The position numbers and the translations under genes were made by a program. Shown in pieces: positions 52,062 to 61,890 of a DNA stretch of 64,000 bases (positions are counted from its first letter, which is position 1; every line of letters begins with the position of its first letter). Source of the stretch: an uncultured Methanomicrobiales archaeon. Its GTDB lineage: Archaea; Halobacteriota; Methanomicrobia; Methanomicrobiales; Methanospirillaceae. The DNA lies in assembly GCA_963758915.1 (NCBI GenBank), contig CAVWXH010000010.1:96001-160000 (forward strand), read 5' to 3'. The notes beneath the pieces were generated by a model that saw nothing but the letters and a program-made list of their open reading frames with translations, was not told the DNA's origin and ran no database searches.

Positions 52062-52400
52062 TCAGAGCAGTTTTGTTTCTTCCGTGGGTTTAGGTACCTT
52101 GACCACCAGCACCCGGAACACGACCTCACTCTCATTCAGCCACCGGTGTGGGATCCGTGCAGGACTCTCCACCAGCATATCTTTGCCAACGGTATTTCGT
52201 TCGTCACCGATCTCAACAATCCCTGTGCCTTCGAGCACATAGAAGAAGACATCAACCGGAGTAGAATGCTTTTTCAGCGATTCCCCGGGCTGAAGTGTAA
52301 TTACCACGGCTATTGCATGTGTTGAGTCGTATATCTTTCGTGCGTCTACATGGTGGGGATTGGGTCCCGATACCACCTTTGCAACTTCAGTAATTTTCAT
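52062..52400 (-). CDS. Cupin domain protein
   Basis: LQPGESLKKH, FYVLEGTG, PARIPH. Confidence 0.9.
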   Translation of the reverse strand: MKITEVAKVVSGPNPHHVDARKIYDSTHAIAVVITLQPGESLKKHSTPVDVFFYVLEGTGIVEIGDERNTVGKDMLVESPARIPHRWLNESEVVFRVLVVKVPKPTEETKLL

Positions 52401-52402
52401 AG

Positions 52403-53092
52403 TTAATTCACCTTTTCTATTGGAATATACGGAATTAATGTAAGTAATTCCGATTTCAGCGTATCGATACCAATTCGTTCCATGAACCGGGCGGTCCGTT
52501 CATGCTTGTTTGCATGGCTCCGGTAGTATTCTGAAAGACGTTGTGCACAATCCACCGCCTCACTGGCAGTAAGGTCCCACGCAATAAGATCTCCAAAACG
52601 TGGTCGTGTGCCACCGTTACCACCAAAGAATACCATCCAGCCTCTTGTAGTGCCGATGATCCCGATATCCCGGGTATGACTTTCACTGCAACAGCGGGGA
52701 CAGCCGGAAACACCGATCTTGATCTTGGCCGGGAAGGACTGGTCTTTGAACTGGTTTTCAATAGTCCTGGCAAGTCCGATTGAGTCTTGTTTCCCGTATT
52801 TGCACATATCGGTCCCGATACAGGCATGGACAAACTTGACACATGGAGAGGTCTCTGGTTTTGCGAGCGGGCCAAGGTCAGCAAATACCCTTGAAACATC
52901 TTCGGGCTGAATCCCGGCAAGTAGCACCCTCAGGCCGGATGTGACCTTCAGGACGGGCACATGGTACTTTCGCCCGACTCTGGCAATTGTTTCGAGCTGT
53001 TCTGGAGTTATAATACCGGCAGGTATCCGGGTCGTGACCGCATAGGTCTTCCCGTCCCGCTGAAGAATTGCTCCTTCTGTAGAATTTGTCAT
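52403..53092 (-). CDS. Small siroheme-[4Fe-4S] sulfite/nitrite reductase-like protein
   Basis: CIGTDMC...KIKIGVSGCPRCC (Cx5C...Cx3C), RDIG, FGGNGG. Confidence 0.88.
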   Translation of the reverse strand: MTNSTEGAILQRDGKTYAVTTRIPAGIITPEQLETIARVGRKYHVPVLKVTSGLRVLLAGIQPEDVSRVFADLGPLAKPETSPCVKFVHACIGTDMCKYGKQDSIGLARTIENQFKDQSFPAKIKIGVSGCPRCCSESHTRDIGIIGTTRGWMVFFGGNGGTRPRFGDLIAWDLTASEAVDCAQRLSEYYRSHANKHERTARFMERIGIDTLKSELLTLIPYIPIEKVN

Positions 53093-53184
53093 TCTTTTTC
53101 ACGACTCCGTTGATTTACTCTTTTTCATATCTTTTTCGGGTCATGTTCCTCGCTACACTGATATTCTCCCCTTCCTGTGTTATT

Positions 53185-53964
53185 TCATGTCGCATGTCCG
53201 ATCATCTCTGAAAACAACCTGCTTTGAACACAAGTGATAAAAGGCAACGTAATAATGACTGCCATGCGGTTCCCGTCCTGATTGTAGATGAGCATCGATT
53301 CCTGGTCATCGGCTATGAGGATACACTCAAGTCTGAAGATAGCACCCTCGCGATTGATAGGCACGGAAAATACTTTTTCGAAAATATTCTCCCCGAAAAA
53401 GTCCCTGACTTGCCCGGCTTCAAAATACCTGATGCTGTCATGTATGAAAACCCCTTCTGCACCACCTTTAGGGAAAAGGATTCTTATCTCCCGGTCATTT
53501 GCGATTGAGAGGATCGGACCCTGGAATTTTTCAAGGGTCTCCGCATCGAAACAGAGAACAATGAGTGAACTGGTAACTCCTTCAACCAGCCTCTCAATGT
53601 TCCGCTGGATAGTCCAGTCACTATGAACGTACCAGATCGGAGAATAATTCTGCCGGGCATCTACCGACAACGCCTCAAGAGCCTTTACACTTTCAAACGC
53701 CGCTGTTTCGAGATCTTTTTTTAAGAAGGCTACAACTATGTCCGGGCGGACTGCCTGGTACATCAGCGGGCTTCCCTGTCGTATCTCAATGAATCCCTTC
53801 GCATCAAGTGCATTAAGGACATCATATACCCGTGGACGTGGGACTCCGCTGACTTCATGGATACTGCGGACATTTGCTTCACCGAGTCCGACAAGGGCCA
53901 CGTAAATTTTTGCCTCGTATTCTTTGAGTCCGAGCTGGACAAGGTTTTCAATTGCTTTATCCAT
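53185..53964 (-). CDS. TrmB family transcriptional regulator
   Basis: LGLKEYEAKIYVAL, SGVPRPRVYDVLNALDAKGFI. Confidence 0.92.
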   Translation of the reverse strand: MDKAIENLVQLGLKEYEAKIYVALVGLGEANVRSIHEVSGVPRPRVYDVLNALDAKGFIEIRQGSPLMYQAVRPDIVVAFLKKDLETAAFESVKALEALSVDARQNYSPIWYVHSDWTIQRNIERLVEGVTSSLIVLCFDAETLEKFQGPILSIANDREIRILFPKGGAEGVFIHDSIRYFEAGQVRDFFGENIFEKVFSVPINREGAIFRLECILIADDQESMLIYNQDGNRMAVIITLPFITCVQSRLFSEMIGHAT

Positions 53965-54018
53965 TTGTTACTCTGTAAGGGACAACATAATTAAATAGTT
54001 ATCTGTCAAGCATAGTGT

Positions 54019-54454
54019 ATGACACAACTATCCAGCGAACCTGAGAATATCGCAGTTGTCCGCAAATTTTTTGAGGTTGGCCCATCGAAAGGTGACCTTG
54101 CCGCAGCCGACGCAATTCTGGCACCCTGAATTTTCCCTGCATACCCCGTTGCCGACCCCGGGACCCGGGATCGAGGCGATGAATAACGTCATTATCACCT
54201 GCCGGGCTGCATTTCACGATCTTCATGTGACTATTGATGACATTATGGCTGATGGGGATAAGGTTACAGCCCGTTTCACGGCACGTGGCATGCACAAAGG
54301 GGAATTTATGGGCCTTCCTCCCACGGGAAAGGCAATCGCCATGACTGGCATTGAAATTTTCCGGGTGAAGGACGGGAAGATTACGGAGCTGTGGGGTGAA
54401 GCGAATGTAATGGGACTGATGCAGCAGCTGGGTATTTTACCGGTCCCGGCATAA
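54019..54454 (+). pseudogene. SnoaL-like ester cyclase with +1 frameshift at ~54120
   Basis: ENIAVVRKFF...ADAIL joins HPEF...AFHDL...GDKVTAR...GEFMGLPPTGK. Confidence 0.8.
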
Positions 54455-54481
54455 AGCGGAATAAACGAAGGGTGAAATTTC

Positions 54482-55252
54482 ATGGTTTTTTCACAGATTC
54501 CAAAAGCAATAGGGTTCATCTACGCCCTGGTAATAATTGGGGTTATTGCCTACCTCTGGTATTCCGGACGATGGCGAAAGAAGATCGCCTGGCTGCTTCT
54601 TGTTATTTCAGTTGCCCTGGGTTTTCTCATATTTTCACCGGTATTACCCTGGCAGTTCCAGCAGCTTGTATTAGGTGATGTGCAGGGACTGGGAGGGCCC
54701 CTGATTGTCGGTGTTATCGGGCTCGCTATTTTTTTATTGCTGACCTTCATTTTTGGAAGGTTCATCTGTGGATATATCTGCCCGGTCGGCACCATACAGG
54801 AGATCGCCTCCCATGCACCGGTCCCCAAAGTCAGCCTGCGTCCGAAGAAGATGTTCATGGGAATAAGAGCGGTGTTCTTTGTTCTGTTTCTCGTGATGGC
54901 ATTCGTATTTTCAGCCTCACTGCTGGCCTTGTTTGGCATACAGGATTTCTTTTACCTGTCAGTTACTGCAGGGACACTCGTGTTTATTATCATATTGTTG
55001 CTGTCTATGACCCTGTATCGCCCGTTTTGCCGCCTTATTTGTCCGTATGGGGTGCTATTATCGCTCGGTGCGTGGAAGTCAGCGTTCAAAATACACCGGT
55101 CCAGTGCATGTATCGAATGTAAAAAATGTGAAAAAGCATGCCCCACAGATGAAGCAAAACGTGATGATGGAAAAGCGGAATGTTATCTCTGTGGAAGATG
55201 CACGGATGTCTGTCCGGTTACCGGGGCCCTGGAATATAAGCGTGGATGGTGA
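54482..55252 (+). CDS. Membrane 4Fe-4S protein (NapH/CcoG-like polyferredoxin)
   Basis: GRFICGYICPVG, RPFCRLICPYG, two CxxCxxCxxxCP motifs. Confidence 0.9.
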   Translation: MVFSQIPKAIGFIYALVIIGVIAYLWYSGRWRKKIAWLLLVISVALGFLIFSPVLPWQFQQLVLGDVQGLGGPLIVGVIGLAIFLLLTFIFGRFICGYICPVGTIQEIASHAPVPKVSLRPKKMFMGIRAVFFVLFLVMAFVFSASLLALFGIQDFFYLSVTAGTLVFIIILLLSMTLYRPFCRLICPYGVLLSLGAWKSAFKIHRSSACIECKKCEKACPTDEAKRDDGKAECYLCGRCTDVCPVTGALEYKRGW

Positions 55253-55301
55253 ATGAAGCAAATGAGAGATGAATTAAAAATATTCTCGCATGGAGGATTG
55301 C

Positions 55302-55667
55302 ATGGTAGAATTTAAACTGGAAAACCCGGATAAGCACGACAAAAAACGGGAGGAACTCGGTGCAAAAGTCCTCGATCTCAAAGAACTGGTCTCCTACCAG
55401 GACGGGACCGTTGCGAGCCGGATGATCGTCAACAACAAGGCCGGGAGTATCACGATCTTTTCATTTGACGAGAACGAGGGACTTTCCGAGCATACAGCAC
55501 CCTATGACGCTGTGGTTACGATCCTTGATGGTGAGTGTGAAGTATGGGTTGCCGGCCAGACCCTCCAGATGAAAGCGGGGCAGACTATTATCTTTCCGGC
55601 AAACGCACCTCACGCACTCAGTGCCATCACAAAATTCAAGATGACACTGACTATGATCCGGGGGTAA
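55302..55667 (+). CDS. Cupin domain protein
   Basis: FSFDENEGLSEHTAP, PANAPHAL. Confidence 0.9.
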   Translation: MVEFKLENPDKHDKKREELGAKVLDLKELVSYQDGTVASRMIVNNKAGSITIFSFDENEGLSEHTAPYDAVVTILDGECEVWVAGQTLQMKAGQTIIFPANAPHALSAITKFKMTLTMIRG

Positions 55668-55671
55668 CCAG

Positions 55672-55963
55672 ATGGGCGGGAATGAGCAGGACGGCTACTA
55701 TTGCACAATCTGTGGAGGTATCCCTCCGGATAAAATTAACATCAGGCAGATTCTTGTTGACGGTAAAGAGACCGGGATCGATAAACTGGATTGGATTATC
55801 GCAGAGGTCAGGAAACTGAACCTTTCCGATGACACAGTTATCACCGAAGAGCTCTTAAAACGAACGAAGGCGCTCAACTACGTTCCCACCAAAAAGACAA
55901 ATGATTACGGCGATGGCATTGCTGATGGAATATAAAAAATCCGGGGTTGAAACCGGTGCTTGA
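55672..55963 (+). pseudogene. Small CxxC protein with probable +1 frameshift at ~55909
   Basis: YYCTICGG...NYVP; removing one G gives ...YAMALLMEYKK. Confidence 0.6.
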
Positions 55964-56192
55964 CCATTGTCCCGGTTCTGCGAACCTCAGGACCCCAACA
56001 CTTTCAATAAAAAAGTGCCCGGAATGCGGAGAGGAAATTGAAATTTTCTCAAATGACATCAAGGTGGCATGCAGCAACTGCGGCTTTGTTATCTATAACG
56101 ATATTGTATCGTGTGTCCAGTGGTGCAAGTATGCGAAAGAATGCGTAGGTGAGGAGATGTACCGGAAACTGGTTGAGAAGAAAGAGGGATGA
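55956..56192 (+). CDS. Small Cys-rich Zn-ribbon/Fe-S protein
   Basis: HCPG, CPECG, CSNCG, CVQWCKYAKECVG. Confidence 0.8.
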   Translation: MLDHCPGSANLRTPTLSIKKCPECGEEIEIFSNDIKVACSNCGFVIYNDIVSCVQWCKYAKECVGEEMYRKLVEKKEG

Positions 56193-56306
56193 TGGGAAGC
56201 TCCCGTATCGGGCATCAGTTCCCTGACCATATTTCAACACCGCCCAATTAATGACCAGACGCTCTGCACAGAAATTTGAATGAGATAAAATGAAACGTGA
56301 AAAGCC

Positions 56307-56859
56307 ATGCCACCCCATTGCGATACGAGAGATGGCCCCGTTGTTAAGGCAGCGATTAAAGCACTCGAAACGGGGAATTTGAATTATGTACCTGATCTGG
56401 ATCCCGAAAGAGTCCGAGGAAGAACTCGAAGGGATCTTCGAGAAAACACAGCGGGCCAGAAAATCCGGAAAGGATGCACAGGAAGTTGCCGATGACTGGT
56501 TCTTCGAGAATACCATCCGGCTCCACCGGGCCGGTGAGGGAGCCGCGTATACCGGAATGAAACCCGCTGGCCTCAGCGAAGGTCCAGTTGTGCCGAAAGC
56601 AGAGAACGCAATTGAGATCGAAGATCCCAAAGAATCGATTGATTTTATCTTAAAGACTGTTGAAGATGATCTGACCCATCGCTTCCATCATGTTATGGCA
56701 AAGAAAAAGTATGACGTGAACGATGTTGCTGCCGGCAGGGAATACATAGAGGCGTTTATCGGCTGGGTCGTCTATTCCCATCATCTCTGGCAGTCGGTGA
56801 CAACTGCAGCCGGGCATGGCGAGAAGCATGAGGAGAAAGCCGGGTGCGGTCACCACTGA
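56307..56859 (+). pseudogene. DUF6448-like protein with +1 frameshift at ~56390
   Basis: HCDTRDGPVV...NYV joins LIWIP...FFENTIRLHRAGEGA; His-rich tail. Confidence 0.75.
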
Positions 56860-57061
56860 TCACTACCTGCCCTCGCTCTTTTTCATAGGGACGCGATGGA
56901 GTATCAGGAAGAATGATGTCTCACATGGATTTCATTGTCAGAATAGTGATTTCTGAACACAACTGTTTTAGGTCATTGGACTCGAAGAAACGGTGAAACA
57001 CCGGTGATTTTTAACAACCAAATTCTCCCCGGTATGCTTTGCCATTATCAGGATTTGCAAT

Positions 57062-57421
57062 TTACAGCACGCAAACCTTGCAGTCCTGTTTACCACAGGG
57101 AATATTGTCAATCTTCCATTTCAACGCCCACTGCTTGATAATCCGGATCACGTCCACAATTTCAAGACCGCTTTCCGTCAGGGTGTATTCTGTCCTTACC
57201 GGGAATGCGGTTGCGTCCACATTCCTGGTGAGAATTCCTTCTTCTTCAAGTTCTTTGAGCCGTTCCGAGAGAATTTTTGGTGTAATACCGTCAAGAGCAT
57301 CCCGGAGCTCGGAAAACCTGCGGGTATACCCCTTGCCTTTGTAGAGCTCAAGGATGATCAGCAATGTCCATTTCTTTGTCAGATATTTCACGGTCTGGTT
57401 GACCGTGCACGCATCCTGCAT
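57062..57421 (-). CDS. HxlR family winged-helix regulator with Cys residues
   Basis: KKWTLLII, RFSEL, ITPKILSERLKELEEEG, EYTLT; Cys5 and C-terminal CxxxxCxxC. Confidence 0.92.
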   Translation of the reverse strand: MQDACTVNQTVKYLTKKWTLLIILELYKGKGYTRRFSELRDALDGITPKILSERLKELEEEGILTRNVDATAFPVRTEYTLTESGLEIVDVIRIIKQWALKWKIDNIPCGKQDCKVCVL

Positions 57422-57499
57422 GATATGTATCTGGATACTCTCGGTTATTTATACCTTGTAAATTTTGATATCTAATATAAAAAAGAAATCAATGGAGTT
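57365..57499. promoter_or_regulatory. Divergent promoter region, copy 1, with TATA and imperfect TTGATA-N5-TATCAA operator (57465-57481)
   Basis: Homologous to 58304-58439; TATTTATA at ~57446. Confidence 0.65.
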
Positions 57500-57509
57500 A
57501 GTGAAACAC

Positions 57510-58169
57510 ATGACTAAAACAAACATTCCCGAAAAAGGAGCGATTGTCCAGCGCGACATGGAGACGTACCTGATTCATCCCCACATCCCCGGCGGTTTTG
57601 TCGAACCGAAATTGCTGAGGAAGATTGCGGACGTAGCTGAGAAGTATGGGGCGAAATACCTGAAGCTGACCGGGGCGCAGCGGATCGCGATCATCGGCCT
57701 GCAGGAAAAGGACCTTGACAATGTCTGGGCTGAGTTCGATGACCGGAAAAAGGCCATCGGCCTCACTATCCGATCCATCCAGATGTGCCCCGGCACACGG
57801 TCGTGCAAGAAAGCCAAGCAGGACAGCCCGGGCCTCGGATTTGCGTTGGACACTGAATACTACGGGAAGCCGGCACCTGCAAAGTTCAAGATTGGCATCT
57901 CGGGTTGCGACAACTGCTGCGCCGATTCGTGGATGAAGGATCTCGGCTTTTTCGGCACCGAGCAGGGATTCACCGCAGTTGCCGGCGGTAAGGGCGGCGG
58001 CACGGCACGGGTAGGTCAGGTCATCGCGACCGGCCTGACCGAGGCCCAGGCAATTGCCCTAGCCGACCGGGTGATCACGTTCTACCGTACAAACGGGAAA
58101 GGACCGGAACGCCTGGGTGGCACCATCGACAGGGTCGGGTTCGACACATTTATGAAAGCAGTGAAGTAA
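57510..58169 (+). CDS. Small siroheme-[4Fe-4S] sulfite/nitrite reductase-like protein (second paralog)
   Basis: CPGTRSC...KFKIGISGCDNCC, KDLG, AGGKGG. Confidence 0.88.
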   Translation: MTKTNIPEKGAIVQRDMETYLIHPHIPGGFVEPKLLRKIADVAEKYGAKYLKLTGAQRIAIIGLQEKDLDNVWAEFDDRKKAIGLTIRSIQMCPGTRSCKKAKQDSPGLGFALDTEYYGKPAPAKFKIGISGCDNCCADSWMKDLGFFGTEQGFTAVAGGKGGGTARVGQVIATGLTEAQAIALADRVITFYRTNGKGPERLGGTIDRVGFDTFMKAVK

Positions 58170-58303
58170 TACGATTGCCGGGTGACCCGGCAACCATATC
58201 TGAAAATTGTTTGACGATTGGTGAACAGGATTCTATAATAGGAATCCTTTTACTGACAATTTAGCGCAAGTAACCATACTTGTTATTTTTTGAGGAGAAT
58301 GTG

Positions 58304-58439
58304 TGTCCATTTCTTTGTCAGATATTTCACGGTCTGGTCAACCATGCACGCATCCTGCACGGTATGTATTTGGAAACTCCCGAGTATTTATAATCAGGTA
58401 TACAATTGATATTTTGTATCAAAAAGAAATAATGGAGTT
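58304..58439. promoter_or_regulatory. Duplicated promoter region, copy 2 (hxlR 5' remnant plus perfect palindrome TTGATA-N5-TATCAA at 58406-58422), upstream of hcp
   Basis: Direct repeat of 57365-57499. Confidence 0.7.
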
Positions 58440-58441
58440 CG

Positions 58442-60064
58442 ATGATGTTCTGCTACCAATGCGAAGAGACCGTTAAGGGGACGGGATGTACGGTTAAAGG
58501 TGTCTGCGGTAAGGAAGACGAGATCGCTGCATACCAGGATGTGCTTATCTACGTCTGCAAGGGGATCTCGGTCAGGAACCTTGCGGCAATGGATAAGGGT
58601 AAAGGAGATCCTACGGTGGGATTGTTCATCGCTGACGCCCTTTTTTCCACGCTGACCAATGTAAATTTTGATAAAGCACGATTCTTTGACATGATTAACC
58701 ATGCTGTTGCGCTCAGGGATACCCTCCCGTCAACTGGTAATGCTGAACCGGATGCCTGTACCTGGAAACCGAAAAGTGACAGCGATATCCTGGAGAAGGC
58801 AAAAACCGTAGGGATTCTGGCAACATCCAATGAAGATGTCCGCTCGCTTCGCTCTACCCTGCTCTTCGGGCTTAAGGGTATTGCAGCCTATTACACCCAC
58901 GCTGCGGTGCTGGGTAAAACAGATGATTCTATCACAGCATTTCTCCAGAAAGGGCTTACATCCACCCTGAACGATCTGACGGTCCCCGACATGATTGCTC
59001 TCGTAATGGAATGCGGGGAAAACGGGGTAAAGGTCCTTGCCCTTCTCGATTCAGCCAATACCTCCGCATATGGAAATCCGCAGATCACGAGCGTTAAAAC
59101 AACAGCAGGATCACGCCCGGGGATCCTGATCACCGGTCATGACTTAAAAGACCTTGAGATGCTGCTTGAACAGTCAAAAGACGCAGGTGTTGACGTATAC
59201 ACCCATGGCGAGATGCTTCCGGCACATGCGTATCCTGCGTTCAAAAAATACACTCACCTGTATGGCAATTACGGAAGTTCGTGGTGGCACCAGAAGGAGG
59301 AGTTCGAGCAGTTCAACGGCCCGGTCCTGTTCACGACCAACTGCCTTGTTCCACCGAAGGATACCTACAAGGACCGTGTCTTTACAACCGGACTTGTCGG
59401 GTTTTCAGACACCAAACACATCACCGCGTCCAAAGATGGGAACAAGGACTTCTCATCGATTATTACGTACGCAAAGACCTGCCAGCCACCCAAAGCCCTC
59501 CCGGGAAGCGGGAATGACCTCATCACCGGTTGTGCCCATGGTGCGGTACTTGCGATTGCAGACAAGGTTGTTGCTGCGGTAAAGAGCGGGGATATCAAAC
59601 GGTTCATCGTCATGGCCGGATGCGATGGCAGGCAAAAAGAACGGGAATATTACACGAATTTTGCCCAGGCCCTACCAAAGGATACGGTGATTCTCACAGC
59701 AGGGTGCGCTAAATACCGGTACAACTCTCTCAATCTCGGTACTATTGGCGGGATTCCAAGAGTACTAGATGCAGGCCAGTGCAATGACTGCTACTCCCTG
59801 GTCGTGATTGCACAGGCTCTTGCCAAGGCATTCGGTGTCGGTATCAACGAGCTGCCGGTCTCGTACAATATCGCGTGGTACGAACAGAAGGCGGTCCTGG
59901 TCCTGCTTTCATTGTTGTCACTCGGCGTAAAAGATATCACGCTTGGTCCAAAACTTCCGGCGTTTGTCTCCCCCACGGTGCTCGATGTGCTCGTGAAAAA
60001 TTTCGATCTCAAACCCAACACGACTGTCGAGGCAGACCTTGCCCGGATGGTACCAGCCAAGTAA
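58442..60064 (+). CDS. hcp: Hybrid cluster protein (hydroxylamine/NO reductase)
   Basis: [44 protein letters not shown]. Confidence 0.97.
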   Translation: MMFCYQCEETVKGTGCTVKGVCGKEDEIAAYQDVLIYVCKGISVRNLAAMDKGKGDPTVGLFIADALFSTLTNVNFDKARFFDMINHAVALRDTLPSTGNAEPDACTWKPKSDSDILEKAKTVGILATSNEDVRSLRSTLLFGLKGIAAYYTHAAVLGKTDDSITAFLQKGLTSTLNDLTVPDMIALVMECGENGVKVLALLDSANTSAYGNPQITSVKTTAGSRPGILITGHDLKDLEMLLEQSKDAGVDVYTHGEMLPAHAYPAFKKYTHLYGNYGSSWWHQKEEFEQFNGPVLFTTNCLVPPKDTYKDRVFTTGLVGFSDTKHITASKDGNKDFSSIITYAKTCQPPKALPGSGNDLITGCAHGAVLAIADKVVAAVKSGDIKRFIVMAGCDGRQKEREYYTNFAQALPKDTVILTAGCAKYRYNSLNLGTIGGIPRVLDAGQCNDCYSLVVIAQALAKAFGVGINELPVSYNIAWYEQKAVLVLLSLLSLGVKDITLGPKLPAFVSPTVLDVLVKNFDLKPNTTVEADLARMVPAK

Positions 60065-60100
60065 ATTAAAACGAATGGTCCTCATACTAAAGGAAGAGCA

Positions 60101-60736
60101 ATGAACGGTAAACAGATCGCAGGTGAATGCTCAGCACTCCGGTCAAAGAAGACCAAAGGTGAGCTTGGCGAAGCCATTGCGGCCATCGTCCTGCAGTATT
60201 CACCCCGCGACCTTCAGCAGATGCAATGGAATTTTTCGGGTGCAGTCCAGGACTATAACCCTGAATACCGGAAAAGACTGGAGGAGGCCACCACCGGTCA
60301 CCTTAACGGGACGTACCAGGCACTCCGGCGAATGCATGAGTTGAAGAATTTTAGTACGATGAGGGAACACCTTGCAACGGATGCCGGCGATTACTGGAAG
60401 ATGGTCTCGGTGCAGTGTTCATCAGGAGAGGAGGAACAGGTCCGGCTGAGGTTCTTAAAACTCCTGCTTGCAGGCTTCTGCATGTTTGTGCAGGGACTTC
60501 CCGGCCACCCGGTAGGGATGCCGTTTCCCGGGGGGAACACGGTTGAGCTCATAGACGGGGTGTATTACTGCCCGGTCCGGGAGAAGGCAAACGATGTCGA
60601 TTCCGCCCTCTGCCCGTTCTGCCCGGCCCTGCAGACCCTGGAGATCGGGTATCTCAAACCGCCGGTGAATGCAAGCAAGCACCGGAAGCAGGAGTTTATC
60701 AATAACTGCTACGACCACCATAATTTCAACGGGTAA
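60101..60736 (+). CDS. DUF2115 (UPF0305) family protein
   Basis: HPVGMPFPGG...YYCPVR...LCPFCPA. Confidence 0.88.
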   Translation: MNGKQIAGECSALRSKKTKGELGEAIAAIVLQYSPRDLQQMQWNFSGAVQDYNPEYRKRLEEATTGHLNGTYQALRRMHELKNFSTMREHLATDAGDYWKMVSVQCSSGEEEQVRLRFLKLLLAGFCMFVQGLPGHPVGMPFPGGNTVELIDGVYYCPVREKANDVDSALCPFCPALQTLEIGYLKPPVNASKHRKQEFINNCYDHHNFNG

Positions 60737-60832
60737 CATGTTCCGCTTTTTTTCTTATTTTTCCCTGGCTGGGCACCGAAATAATTGCAGCAAATTGATA
60801 TTGGGATTATCGGGCCAGATTTATGATAATCA

Positions 60833-60943
60833 TCCTGCCCACGGCTCCATGATTTCGCCTGGCGAAATTCTTTCTCTTGACAGGAATGTGAGCGATAGAA
60901 GACCGGAACGGGATGAAGTGGAGCGAGGACACGAGGGAGCGAA
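60833..60943 (+). repeat. Composite repeat: 42-bp hairpin repeat (shared with 61638-61679) plus 56-bp copy of the outer end of the long element (cf. 51950-52005)
   Basis: GCTCCATGATTTCGCCNGGCGAAATTCTTTC; GTGGAGNGAGGACACGAGGGAGCGAA. Confidence 0.85.
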
Positions 60944-61031
60944 CTTGAAGCCGGACTGATATATCCACTCACTTTCATCCCGCACGCCCCTTGCACTTAT
61001 CAACCTGAACCGGTAACCCATAGCACCTATC

Positions 61032-61631
61032 ATGGATCTTGAATGGCCAGGCGATATCTGCATCCCGGAACGGACAATAACCGTAATCATTGGCCCCTCC
61101 AGTATCCTCGAAGCGGGACTTAACAGTTGTAGCGGCACAATGCGACGTTATCCATTCCTCTATGTTTGCAGCAATTATTCCGGCGTACTCCCGAACCTGC
61201 ACAGGACATCGTTTGAGTTTTCTGTCCGACGAGGATTCACATCCGACCAGATGGCCACAATCATCAACGAATGTGATGCAACCTACCTCATTATCGAGCA
61301 CGACCCTTCGCTCTATGAAGCTGATACGAAATTGATTCCGAGTGTCATTAACCGGTTGAAAACGTTTGCCCGTAACGAAGGCACGGTGGTTGTGTATTCC
61401 CGGTATCTCGACAGATTTATGCGATCTCTTCTCCGGGCATCAGGCAGGGCATATCTCTATGCAGACTGGGCAAATGTAATCAGAAATAGCCAGTTAAGGA
61501 AACAGCAAAAAAATGGGTCGGCCAAGAGAATTGTATCCAGGCAGGTCCGACTTGATCAGGTTAGTAGACCCGAAGTATCACAGAGGGATCTTGAGAGTGG
61601 ACTAGCCGACCTCGTAGTAACAGATGAATGA
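61032..61631 (+). CDS. Degenerate RecA/RadA-like protein (no Walker A), similar to proteins of archaeal PolB2 operons
   Basis: VRRGFTSDQMATII...IIEHDPSLY motif, recalled from this family and not search-verified. Confidence 0.5.
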   Translation: MDLEWPGDICIPERTITVIIGPSSILEAGLNSCSGTMRRYPFLYVCSNYSGVLPNLHRTSFEFSVRRGFTSDQMATIINECDATYLIIEHDPSLYEADTKLIPSVINRLKTFARNEGTVVVYSRYLDRFMRSLLRASGRAYLYADWANVIRNSQLRKQQKNGSAKRIVSRQVRLDQVSRPEVSQRDLESGLADLVVTDE

Positions 61632-61637
61632 TGGTCC

Positions 61638-61679
61638 TCCTGCCCTCCGCTCCATGATTTCGCCGGGCGAAATTCTTTC
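61638..61679 (+). repeat. Second copy of the 42-bp hairpin repeat
   Basis: TCCTGCCCTCCGCTCCATGATTTCGCCGGGCGAAATTCTTTC. Confidence 0.85.
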
Positions 61680-61806
61680 GCGAAGCCGAAAGGGAGCGGA
61701 CAGGAGGCACCGGTGGTGTGGCCCCGCCCTTTAGGCTTGGTAGGGCGGGGAGTTGGGGGTGGGTCGGTCGCAGGGGCGAAGGGCTTCCTGAATAAAAGGG
61801 CGACAG

Positions 61807-61890
61807 CTCCCGTACATTTGGATAGAAGCTCCGTACATTTGATGGATAGACTCCGTACATTAGGATGAGAACTCCGAACGTTTGAGAAAA
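61807..61890 (+). repeat. Four iteron-like direct repeats (CTCCGTACATT core, 21-22 bp period)
   Basis: Starts at 61807, 61829, 61851 and 61872, followed by an AT-rich tract. Confidence 0.8.

Noticed and set aside
54019-56859. Programmed frameshifting or Sec/Pyl readthrough in the split genes
   Set aside because: The halves are in different frames, there are no slippery heptamers, and a uniform +1 G/C pattern fits sequencing error
61807-61890. CRISPR array
   Set aside because: The 11-bp core with ~10-bp gaps is far too short for repeat-spacer units, and there are no cas genes
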